DNA of 55,586 bases, the filler included, from Trypethelium eluteriae (Eukaryota), in NCBI GenBank assembly GCA_051942245.1. It is 3 parts of 3 records of this genome, joined end to end, with 100 filler letters (N's around TTAATTAATTAA, not from the genome) between each part and the next. Parts side by side here need not be neighbours in the genome. Positions count along the whole stretch, not along the records: positions 37,136 to 55,586 come from JAVECL010000564.1; 2 more parts are not named here. The stretch is one strand, 5' to 3'. Position numbers and translations under genes: made by a program. Shown here in pieces: positions 39,660 through 51,366 of this stretch. The first letter of the stretch is position 1, and each line of letters starts with the position of its first letter. The notes below the pieces were generated by a model, which saw nothing but the letters and a program-made list of their open reading frames with translations, ran no database searches and was not told the origin of the DNA.

Positions 39660-42600
39660 ATGAGCATTCCTACTGATTCTACTGATAATTGCTGCAGCGG
39701 TTGCACCGGTACAGAAATTCCTATAATGTCTAATACCACCGAACCTCCTTCTAACCCCAACACGGCGGCGACGCACTTAAATGATGCTGTCAAAGGTTCT
39801 TGCGAGCAAGAAGACTGCTCTAGCCAGCATGAAGATATAGAAAAGGGGAAGAAGTCAGTCGGACAGGATACATATTGCTTTCGAAGTGATATAATGAAGA
39901 GAGGCAATGATGAAAACACCTACAAGGATGGATGCTGCTTGGGTGAAGATGAGGCAGCTCCCAAGGATGACTGTCAGGATGCCTGCTGCTCTGGAAATAA
40001 AGACACGACTGAAAAGGCCTGTAAAGATGAATGCTGCTCTGGCGAGAATGCAAAGAGTAATGGAGACGGCCGAGCTTGTTGCGAGGGAAAATCGACCCCC
40101 TGCTGCGATTGTAGGAGACTTTACCCTCGAGTCGCGTTCCATTTTCGTCCTGACAACTCATAGCTTCATGTGTTGATCGCATCGCGAGTCGAGAGTGCGA
40201 AAGCGATTGCGGCGAAAAGGCCTATGGCCGTGACAGTCGAGCTAAGGGTACTGCATGTGCAGCTCACAAGCATCGTACCCGTGAAAAGTATGCGGCGAAA
40301 CTGGCTGCACTGGAGTGCATCTGTCAAGCTCTCATTGCTCTTGGGCAGGAATCTTGCTGCATCGCCAAGGGACAGCCTCCAACACGCATAGGCCGCGAAT
40401 CGAGAAGATCGTTGGGTCGAGCTGCCTCATCGGATTGTTGCAACGAGCCATGTCCCAGAAGCTTCAGCACTGCAGCCAACAACCAACATAGCACACGGGC
40501 AAAAAACCAAGACTCATCAGGGACGCGCGAATGCTGTGGGCCTGCCAGTTCCTCGTCGCATGACTCCAGGGCAAGGGCTACAGGACTAGCTATGGAACAG
40601 TCCTCAGGGATCAACAAGTCGATAAACGTCATCCGTTCACAAGGAGGCTGTGCTGACGTTGAAAAGGGTGCCCTTGGCAATGAGCATATTGCCCTGAGCA
40701 TCACCGGTATGACATGTACCGGGTGCGAGACTAAGCTTCAAAGGGTCCTCGGAACTCTTCCTCCCATCTCCAACGTGAAAACAAGTCTCATCATGGCTAG
40801 AGCTGAATTCAACCTCGACATAGCATCCATGTCTCCTGAGAGTGTGATGAAGCACCTCGAAAGGACTACCGAGTTCAAGTGCGAACGAATCTTGACCCAA
40901 GGCTCCTACATCGATGTTATACCCAGTAATGTTAAGGACTTCTTGGATCGGTCACCCCCATTTGGTGTCAAGGACATGCTGCCGGTTGGCAGCGATGCGG
41001 TATGTATCAACTTCGATCCAAATATCATTGGCGCGCGCAGCCTGATCAACAAGAGCGGTCGTTACTCCTGCCAGCTCGCCCCACTCCCCACTGATCCCGG
41101 ATTGGCCGCTGGCAGCAAGCACGTTCATAATTTGGGCTACACAACTCTCTTGTCCGTGGTTTTGACTATTCCCGTACTGATCCTCGCCTGGGCCCCCATC
41201 GAAGACCGCCCAATCGCATATGGGGCTGTATCCTTAGCACTCGCAACCATCATCCAAGTCGCTATCGCTGGGCCGTTCTACCCCAGGGCGCTAAAGAGTC
41301 TTATTTTCTCCCGTATGATTGAGATGGATCTACTCATTGTCCTTAGCACCAGCGCTGCGTATATCTTCTCCGTCATATCATTCGGCTACCTGGTGAGTGG
41401 GACACCGCTTTCCACCGGGGAATTCTTTGCGACAAGCACTCTTCTGGTCACTCTCATCATGGTCGGGCGCTGGATTGCCGCTCTGTCTCGCCAGAAAGCA
41501 GTTGAATCTATCTCAATCCGATCTCTGCAATCGTCTACAGCACAATTGGTGACTCAAGACGGGGCAGTAATTGAAGAGATTGATGCTAGGTTGCTTCAAT
41601 ACGGAGACTTGTTCAGTGTTCTCCCCGAGCATCGCGTTCCGACCGATGGAATCGTCTTATCCGGGGATTCAGAGATTGACGAATCGATGCTCACGGGAGA
41701 ATCCAGGCTACGTGAAAAACATATGGGCTCCAAGGTCGTCGCTGGATCTATTAATGGCTCTGGTAAACTGATCGTGCAACTTACACATCTACCCGGAGAG
41801 AATACTATTAGTGTCATTGCTGGAATGGTCGATAGCGCGAAGCTCAGTAAACCAAAGATTCAGGACTTCGCGGATCGTGTAGCATCTTATTTCGTACCAA
41901 CGATCATAGTCCTGACGATAGTCACCTTCATCGTCTGGATAGGCATCGGAATTGCCATTCAGAACAAGTCCAGCCCTGACGCTGCGATCCAAGCAATTAC
42001 ATATGCTATCACAGTACTTATCGTCTCGTGCCCTTGTGCAATCGGACTTGCAGTGCCCATGGTCATTGTAATCAGCAGTGGCGTTGCTGCCGAGCGAGGA
42101 ATTATCTTCAAAGCAGCAGCTAGCATGGAAATGGCCAGTAAAGCAACTCACGTGGTCTTCGACAAGACTGGAACGCTCACGGTGGGGAAGCTCAAGGTTG
42201 TCAATGAGAAACTCTTCGCCCAAAACAATCCCACACAACGCTCCATGGTCCTAGGCTTAGTGGTAAACAGCAAACATCCCGTGTCCGCAGCCGTGGCTGG
42301 TCATTATGCAGAGCTCGACATCAGGGCTGCTAACGTGGAGAGGATCAGGGTGGTGACCGGGAAAGGTATCGAGGGCGAAGTCGATGGTAAAGTCATTCGC
42401 GGTGGGAATGCTCGCTGGCTTAACGTTGAGTCTGATGAGCTCGTGCAGCATATTCTGAGTGAAGGACGCACGGTTTTTTGCGTTACACTTGATTCCGAAC
42501 TTTTCGCTATCTACGGCCTTTCCGACACCGTACGCCCTGAAGCAGCTGGCACCATCGCCAAGCTCAAGGAAAGTGGCATTCAAGTTTCCCTCCTGAGTGG

Positions 42601-43108
42601 CGACGATGCAGGCGCTGTCCAGTGTATCGCTTCACAAATTGGACTCAATCCTGATGAGGCTCGATCCCGCTGCTCCCCAAGCGACAAACAAGCGTATATC
42701 CAAGATCTATTAGCAGTCTCTGTTGGCACAAAGAAAGCTATTGTTGTGTTTGTAGGAGATGGAACAAATGATGCCCTTGCGTTAACTCAAGCCACCATGG
42801 GTATGCATATGAGCACTGGCACAGACGTTGCAGAGAGCGCGGCCGATGTTGTGCTTGTACGACCATCGCTCGAGGGCGTTCTGACAGCGATTAATGTCTC
42901 TCATGCCGCCGTTCGACGCATCGGATTCAACTTTGCCTGGTCCTTCGTTTACAATATCCTGGCACTCTTGTTCGCTTCTGGCGCGCTTATTAGTGCCCAT
43001 AGAGGCAGAGCGATCAAGATCCCACCTCAGTATGCAGGTCTCGGCGAGCTTATCAGTGTCTTACCAGTGATTGCCACCGCGGTCGGCTTGAAATGGGCCA
43101 AATTGTGA
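39660..43108 (+). CDS. pcaA: Heavy-metal P1B-type ATPase, Pca1/PcaA-like (Cd/Cu), with a Cys-rich N-terminal extension
   Basis: Exons 39660-40110 and 40164-43108 (1131 aa; intron GTAGGA..TAG keeps frame). HMA motif GMTCTGC, TGES, CPC, DKTGTLT, HP, GDGTND and YN in the penultimate TM helix. Many CC pairs in the N-terminus. Confidence 0.9.
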
Positions 43109-43527
43109 GCGGTGCCTGGCGGCTGGGAACGAGAATGAGATCTGCAGATGGACAAGACCGAGGCGATTTCACTCAAGCAATTCTGACTCGGGAGCAAACC
43201 GATAATGGCGGGAATACACAAGGCAAGCTTACACTTGCAGATGATTATGCGTATATCCTACACACCTATAACACGGTCTACCGGCCCCCAGACACGCCTT
43301 GGGACAAAGCAGAAGCCTGAGGCAACTCAGTGGCGGCTCAGACCTAGAAATGGAAATGAAATGAAGATGTATCCGGGCGGCCCCCCATTAAATCTATGCA
43401 TATATAATTATGCATTAATCATGATCCGTCCAGTGAGGACACATTTGATGTATCGTTTGAGGATTTGACGTGATATCCTTGAAAGTCCGTAGGCAGCCTC
43501 GGCTGTTGATCGTTTATTCGGTCTTGA

Positions 43528-46500
43528 TCATCGGCTGGCAAAAGACACTCTGAGCTTTCTGAGGAAAGTCATTTTGGAGTTCTTGGTATTTTTCTCAGAC
43601 CTTGGCCTTGCAGATGCTCGCGACCACGATGATTGCTCATTCTCGTTTAGCAGATTTGACAAGCGCTGGCCCTGATCACCGGGAGAATACGCACGAATGA
43701 TGTCCCATACGGAGAAAGTTTTGCCTATGGACTTCGGGGGAGAAATAGCGATGTCTAGGTCTGCACCAGCAAAGATGAGCGTCCGGGTCACTCGAAAATC
43801 AAAATCTTTGTGCAATGCTCTCTCTGGGTATTCACCTTTACCCTGGAAGGCCATATCCATCATGTGTTTCTGCCATACGGTCACCCGTGAAGTGGGTGAA
43901 CACAGACCCTGATTTGGATGTGCACCATGAGCCAAGAATTCTTCAATGACCTGTTCCACTAACGCAAGGTGATCTGTGCTGCAGATCATCATCGTCATGT
44001 GGGGGCGAAGAAAGTCGGCCCAAATTATTTCACCACCAGGTCGTCGAATATTAGCGTCAGCCCCTTCCCGGAGTAGGAGTTGGACCAGTTTGACATCTCT
44101 AGGGCTCCATAGAGTAGTATTCCGGAAAGTCTCTAGAAATCTGCCCCAAGTAGTGCTGTAACTAGTGCAGCTTGGACTGCTATCTTGCCGAGACATCCCC
44201 AGATTCAAGGGCAGGTATTGCAGTAAAAGCTGTATTACGGGAAAATTGTTGAAACCTTCATATTTCCGAGAATGCAGGGGTGGCATTAAAGCTATTTCGA
44301 GCAAATTCCGGCCTAATCTCGCTTTTGGTTGGGGTTGGGACTGTTTTGCTAGATCCGGTTCCCTCTTAAATCGTGCCTCAAGATAATAGCACAGCCCAAT
44401 CTTCACGCAGAACGCGTCAAAGTGCGTCTGGGCAAGAACAAAGTGCGGTGCGCCTTTGGAAGATCTTGCCCACCTTTCGAAAGCAAGATTTTGGTTGGAC
44501 CTTGCCGCAATAACAGATCTGACTTCGTCCAGGATAGCACTCTGCGCTTTTCTAGTGGTGGAATTTGCTTGACGTGCATGATAGGCAATATCCTCAAAGA
44601 TTTCGTTGAAAGCCTGCACATTGCTGTCTTCCATCTTAAGCTCGAGTGGACAGGATTTCAGAACCGCAAGCAAAGCTTGGCAGATTGAAATATGGACATC
44701 AGATTCAAGATTGCAAGCCTTCCAGAGCCCATCTCGATGTTCGCACAAGAACTCTCGAACTGTTCGGTGAAGGAAGTCAACTTTGAACCTAAAATAGACA
44801 TATTGTGTATATGGCTCTATCGCCACCTCCAGCAGTCCTTTGGATCTCGCGTTGATCTGTTTCTGCATCTGCTTCTGCCGTCTGGAAATCTCTATGTCTT
44901 TGAGGGGACGTAATCCCGAGGGAGAGATCCCTTGATGCGGTTTCTCATCTAGGAAAGAGTAGGCCATGGTGGAGATGGGACCAACAGCTGCCAATGCAAC
45001 CTGAAAAGTTTGAGAGCTCTTTTCTCGATAGACTTTATCGACGCCGTCTAACATACGTCTAAAAAGCTCTTCAAGCTCATCCGGTAACTCTTCAAGCCTC
45101 TCTTGTAATATTTCAATAGTGTCACCATTGTCAAGACCAGTCAGGATAGATCTCACAGCCAGAAATACCCACAAGAACACACCCTTTGCTTTGTCTACGA
45201 TGCTATGGACGACCATGTCGTAGACATTGTTTCTCGAATCAGTGCCATGAAATTCTTCATGCTTTCCTAACCGATTTCGTACATACAGTTCGATATCGCC
45301 GCGGGTGAGATCCTGAAGGTACAAGCTTTGTTTAGGATGGTCGTAAGCCTTTTTGAATACTTCCCAAGGGCGGCTTGAAACACAAATTTTGACGTTTGGC
45401 ATCTCGGCAAGCTTTCCTAGCACCTTGACCAACTCCGTTGGATGTCCGTGGTACTCGTCTAGACCGTCAATGAACAAGCAAAATTTGGCAGGTAATTTAT
45501 TCTGTGTCGTTAAATTGTTGAATGTCTCCAGTAGCTCAGCCCGGTTCCAGATTTCTTGACCAGTGGTCAATGCGGACTTGTACCGGCGGAGACAGACTTC
45601 TGGTATGACTTCAGGGCACTTTCGAAATATCTCAAACAACAAAGATTGCATGAGACCTTCTTGGGACTTCTGAAGAATGGTACCAGCATGCCAGAAGAAG
45701 AACGACGCAATGACTATCTTATATCCCTGAGCCCACTGATCAAGAGCGCGTTTAGTTTCCGGGTGGTTGTAAATGAACTTCATCAGAGTAGATTTGCCAG
45801 ATCCTGCCTTTCCTCCGATCCAAAATACGCCACCCTCTGTCCCAGACTGCTGAAGCCATTCCAAATATCCAATGTCACGGTGCGGTTCTGAGGACATCGA
45901 CATCTCACGGTCGACCATCCATTGGAATGTGTTAGCGTGCGCTTCCGGAACATTCGCCTCGCGAATGTGTATAGATTAAAAGTGGAGGCTACTCAGCACT
46001 GCTTGTTCGCGAGAAACTTCGGAAGCCGCGGATGCTGCTGCCGAAAGCCAGCCCCGTACAGCTGGCAATTCCTGCACGCTGAAAGGATTGCCAGCACGAT
46101 GAGCCATAAGAGGCTTCAAAACTCCAAGCAATTGATTCAACCTGTCTTCTTGATTCGAATTTAGTTCCGCAACAGATTTGTGCAACTGCCGAAGCTCTAC
46201 TTGGAAGCTAGAGCCCTGATCACTGTATTTGTCAGTGAATGCGAAGCTTGAATAAAAGTGACTATCGCTCCTCGCTCAAAATGGGAGTGTCCATTCTACA
46301 TCATCGGTCATAGACGAAGATAGAATGGCTAGAGCGACGATCGAAGGGGTTGTGATAGCGACGGCATCATCCAGATGAGCATCGACATCGATCTTTAGAA
46401 GGCAGGATGGTAGACAGAATTACCAACTTACTGCGTAAGCATCACCAAGTTCAATGTGAGCTCAGAACGGAAGTAGTCCAACTTCCGCTCGAATGCCTCG

Positions 46501-46880
46501 ATTCTACTTTCCTGACCCATGCTCCGGAAAGCCTGTCGCAGACTTTGCATCATCCTCTTTGGCCCTTTGGTACCTGTTTCAAGCTTCAGGCTTTCCAGAA
46601 TGCCAATCAACTCGCTAGCAGCTTGAGCACATGATTGCGCAAGTTGCTTGAGAGCGTCTTCATTCCTCGAAAAAGTTCCTTTAGCGGTAATTTTCCCCAC
46701 AATATCCTCGCTCAACCTGTTGACGTGTCTAGCCACCAATTCAACGTCTTGCTTGTTGGCAGCACTGCCGGCGATCGAATTGTATTGCTCCACGCTCTTA
46801 GATACCAGCTTGCTACCAAACTCTATGAACTGGATGACGTTTGCGGCAAGCCCAAGTGCTGAGAGCGGATCGAGGACCAT
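43528..46880 (-). pseudogene. Fungal NLR-like STAND gene (SesA/HeLo-like N-terminus + NACHT + degenerate ankyrin-like C-terminus) interrupted by one in-frame TAA at 45978-45976
   Basis: Exon 46880-46432 (MVLDPLSALGLAANVIQFIEF..), intron 46431-46223 (GTAAGT..ACTGAC..CAG), exon 46222-43528. Walker A GKAGSGKST, Walker B CLFIDGLDE, ICVSSRP, LQDLT..DI and GVFLWV. The stop falls in LSSLHF*SIHIREANVPEAHANTFQW. Confidence 0.85.
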
Positions 46881-49800
46881 TTTCGTCCGGTGATTCTGTT
46901 CCAAAACGCAACAGGTAACGTAGCGAGCTCATAGTAAGTCCTATTTCTTGTACTCTCATCCACCAGCCCTCGAGTGTATATGATCCGCAATGCGCCGATT
47001 CGTTAGGAAAGGATGGCAGAGGATAAATGGAAACATCTGGGGAGGCCTGCAGTCTGCATTGGAGTTCAGGCAGGCGTCGTGCCTGCTCCAGTGGGAGCGT
47101 AAGGTTGAACGCAAGGCTGAATCAATGTACCTGCACGGGTATCGAGTGACCTTCTGGAGGCAAAGGATCCACAAATCCCATCAGCATCATCTTAAAAATG
47201 TCCATCAGATGGTGGATCAAGCAAGATCCCTCTCGTCTGAATTCAAACATCATGAGAAAGACTCTCTGATTTCAATGCTTGGAAATAGGTACAGGATGTT
47301 AATGACAAACCTCTAAATTACCTAGTCCCACAAAGATTTCGGAAATACTTTTAGCCGGAAGTCTACCTAACCCTCACAGTAGGTAGGTACATGTTCTTCT
47401 CTTTAGTGCAACAAGCCAACATGACTGAAGCCCTCTCATCCATTGCTTCGGCTGTATGATATCTTGCGGATCGGACAATGGGCAAAAAAGCCATGTGCTT
47501 TCGTTCTTCATACCTCTCCGGGACCACATGTAATCGACCAAGGCCCAGCTTGGCATCCTCCCTTGATGCAATCAGTACGTTGTAAACAGAAAAGCCTAAT
47601 TTCATGGACCCTTTGAGCGGATCACAAGGTTCAGAGATAGAGGCAATGTAATGAGTCATTACTCTGCATATGCAGAGCCTTGTATCTTGAAAATTGCGTT
47701 CTTTGTCGCAAAAAGTTATATCTCAGATTCTTGGAGCTAATGTCCTGCAGCGCTCGTATGGTTTATGGATCTGTACCGTATTGTAATTGGCAAAGGGCGT
47801 GCTGGGCATGATATCATCTTGCGAAGCTGAAAAGTCAACCCACATCCTCATCGGTGCCGAGAAGCCAAGCTGAGGTATCCTCACCGACGTCGATGCTCCC
47901 ACCAAACTCTTCTCTTGGCCATCTTGTCAGCAAGAATGGGGCAGTTGCACCAGTGTCCTGAAATGATGTATATTACCGCGGTGCTTGTTTAGAAAGGCAT
48001 ACTACAAGGTGACTGTCAGAAGCTGATTGAAGTTTTGCTAGACCGTGGGAAAACACGAACTGGACCGTTAACCTTGAAGCTCAAGACACAACCACTGATA
48101 AGCTTCTGCCTCCTTTCGAGGCGTTAAGTCCCCGTGGAGGTGCATATCCTAGTAAAAGTGACTTCCACTAACCAAACTTCCAACAGGTTTTGTATGAGGA
48201 CAATTACCCTCGACTTCTCTCACTTTAGACCTAACAGGACCCTCTTGATATCTATGCCGCGACTGCGGTTGGCAGTGAGGCTTGGTTTGAGGATGGAGAG
48301 CACAATATGTGTAGAGACTCAAGTTTCCAAGTTATGTCTTGACCACGAATAGGATCGTGAGGCTGAGTCTAGCGAGGATCGTCCTTCCAATGCACAACGA
48401 TCAAATAAGATGCAGGCCGAGCACCATGCTGTTAAACAAAGACAGAGTCAATCACTGCAAGCTAAGGAGTCAGCCAAAGTCAAGCATATTGTGCAAGAAC
48501 TAGACCAAGGGATGATCAACAGCCAATGTGTACGGTGTTTTGGCCGAGTTTTGCGGAAGGAAAAAGAGACGACAGGCATCTGAAGATGGAAGGAGAATTT
48601 GATCAAGGCAGTCTCCGTACGGCCTGCTAGCTGGATAACCGATTTCGACTCAGAAATATGGGATCTGGGCAGGCCAAAGGCAGCCGATCGAGCAAGCTAG
48701 TAAAGGTAGATTGTGGCTTAGGTTGGCCTAAGTGCCATCGTTGCTCTGTTTGCTGACCAATTCCATCGATGTTAACGCTACAAATCTACCGACCCTGGCT
48801 TCGCGCGTCTAGTAAGTCTAAGGCCCTCAACTCATCGCGAGGCTAGACTAAGCCGATGTAGAAGTCTTGTGATTAAGTATCTTAGGGAGGTATGGCATGC
48901 AGCTCCAAACTCGATTGCCGCCGGAGCCTAACGGGCACTCTACGCAAGCTGGTAAATGGACTCGTTCGCATTTTCGCTGGCGTTGACTAGGCATGGACTT
49001 TACGTCCTGCATTGAAGACCTTTCCTCATAAAGCGGTAAGGTCGCATTTCCGGTCAAGCATTGGCTTAATGTTTCGATTGATGGAAGCTGGCTGCTGAAC
49101 TCCAGTTTGAAAACTTGCTGCTGTCTCCAGCGTGAACCTACCCATGGGAGTTTTTCTGGGCGCTGATGCCGAATACATTCTGATTCCGTTACAGCATCCA
49201 CTCACGTCTCCCTTTTCCTGATTCACTGGCGGATGTATTATTCGATATGATCGACTGATTCGCGTTTCCATGTCGGTTCTCGGGTTGTACTCGCACAGGA
49301 TCCTGGTCGCGAGAAAGAAAATCAGTGATCCATCAGCATCCTCCGTCGAGGCAAGATGGTGGCCATAAGGTTAGTTGTGAGGCTGAACTCAATCGACGCA
49401 TTTGCGGTATTCGTGCCAAGGCTTAAATACATGACGGGGCGGTTCATTCATTTGTGTTCATAGGCTCTGAAGATGGCACTTCTAGCAGAGATTTCGTCTC
49501 AGAAAAGCATTTGCAGAGGCTGGCACACATGCATTTGTCAATTAGCAGTCCAGTAATGTTTGAACTACTTTTACAAATAAGAGATTGGCAATTTCACCGT
49601 CAGAAGCATGTCGGAAACAATTGCAAATACCACGAAACAAGGCCGCGCCATTAACTTCTCCCGCAGTCTGCGATGTCATACGCGGGAGCTGGCGACTGGG
49701 GTTTTTCGTGGGCTTGGGCACGAAAAAGGAGTTTGGAGGGATGGTGGAAACAGACAACAACGTGGCATGGTGACCTGCAGCGGTAGCTTAAGCGGCCAGT

Positions 49801-51366
49801 AACTGCGGCTAGCCCCATGCAGAGGTTAGTTAAACGGTAAGCACGGCAGCACCGACAGAGTGGAAGGGCACGACGGCGTGGACGGGGAGACGGAGTTGTG
49901 GTATCAAATCGATGACGGTCTTTTGCTGGCGCGGTCGTGGAGCCGGACTACATGACTGGATACGTGTGTCTATGACACTTGCGAAGATCTGCGGCTTCTT
50001 CTGAAATCAGTCGGCACTTCCAAGGATCAACCTCATCTCTACAGATTGACTAGACGCCCAAACTTGAAGGGGAGGCGGGAGAGCGTCCTTTTGGGTAGGA
50101 TTGGAACAGCAACAGGGCCAGGCACGGATTCATTGTAGACCCTGGAGCTGCAGCTGGATCTGAGAAGGATGGGAGCGGAAACGAGGCGAGTGCCGATCTA
50201 GAGATCTCCCCTTTCCTCTCCGCCCTTCTCAGCACCGCCATTGGTGGTGGCAAAATCGAGGTCTTGGAGAAGCAACCAATCTCACACGGTGTGGCGTGAT
50301 TGTGTTAAGACAGCCCGCAGCGATCAGGCTTCAAAACCGTCAACTCAGCTACCCCCTTTTTTCCCCATGTGTCCCATGGAAGACGCGGAAGGCCATCCAC
50401 AGCACACTTCGTGGCTCGAAGGAAGAGTGAGCTGGCTCGTGCACCGGCTGTCCATGCACTCTTCCGCTCGGCGGATCTGGGATTGGCCGATCCCGATTGG
50501 CTCACCGGCTAGCATTTCCAAATCTCTGACGCCCTCACCTCGATTGAGTTCCACCCCGTCCAGAAAGATGTTCCCGTGAACAGCCAATCATAAAGATATC
50601 TTACCAAAGCCCTGCTGCTGACCATTGGTTTCTTTTGGCTCCGTTCGGTGCTCAATTGCTGGGCGACCACAGCCGGTGCCGAACGCCTTGCTAATTACCA
50701 CACTACCCGAAGGCCGGGGCTCGGTTGCAGCAGGTCGAGTGAGCGAGTCGTGATATGGTAGCACATTGTTAGGGATGAGCAGGAGTGCCAGGATGAATTG
50801 CACCAAGTGCTTGCGGTCCCTGAACTTGCTGAAGCAGGACTAGTCCAGCATGTGCAGCTAGACCAGCTATTCCATCGTCGGCCGGGGGAGCCCTGAATCG
50901 GCGGTCGCTGCCTCGTCTGTTTCTGCACCAGACCCTGGTCGGCACCTTCTGCACCTTCCTCTGCAAGCCACTCCATCGCGCTTCGGCCCCTCTGGAGCCC
51001 AAGCGTCGTCGCTCATCTGGCCTACCGTGCCTACCAGGTAGGTACCCATGAGAAATCTCCCACGCTCCCTTTGATAGTTATGCCGTGCGGTTCCCCATCC
51101 TCTCATCAACCTTTTTTTTCCTGCTGAACGGGGAGAACCCTCCCAGAGAGACACTCCCGAGGCCCATTGACTGCACATCTTCTGCAGTCGTCACTGCCTC
51201 CGCATTGTGACTTGTTTCACCTCGAACTTACCTTAAGCTCGGATTTCCTGCCCCATGAATCATTCCTCCTCAAGTACCTGAAGATTCCTCGTCAGTGCTC
51301 TCGAACGAAACTACTCAAACTACCAGTGAGAGTATCGCCGAGTCTCTTGGTCAGCTACCTGACGCC

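Noticed and set aside
43093..43468. Short ORFs directly after the ATPase stop as a separate gene
   Set aside because: They lie in the shared 3' region of two convergent genes and show no recognisable motif.
30056..45978. Canonical programmed readthrough at the two premature stops
   Set aside because: The contexts (TAG GTT, TAA TCT) do not match the known leaky contexts TGA CTA or stop-CARYYA.
45905..45995. An intron removing the NLR premature TAA (GTAGCC donor, GCTAAC branch-like site)
   Set aside because: The nearest acceptor is a poor GAG, and splicing would delete the conserved SLxF..R..AH..TFxW motif; GCTAAC is explained by Ala-Asn codons.
39300..49700. Intact Starship or other transposon
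   Set aside because: No DUF3435 tyrosine recombinase, transposase, RT, terminal repeats or target-site duplication recognised.
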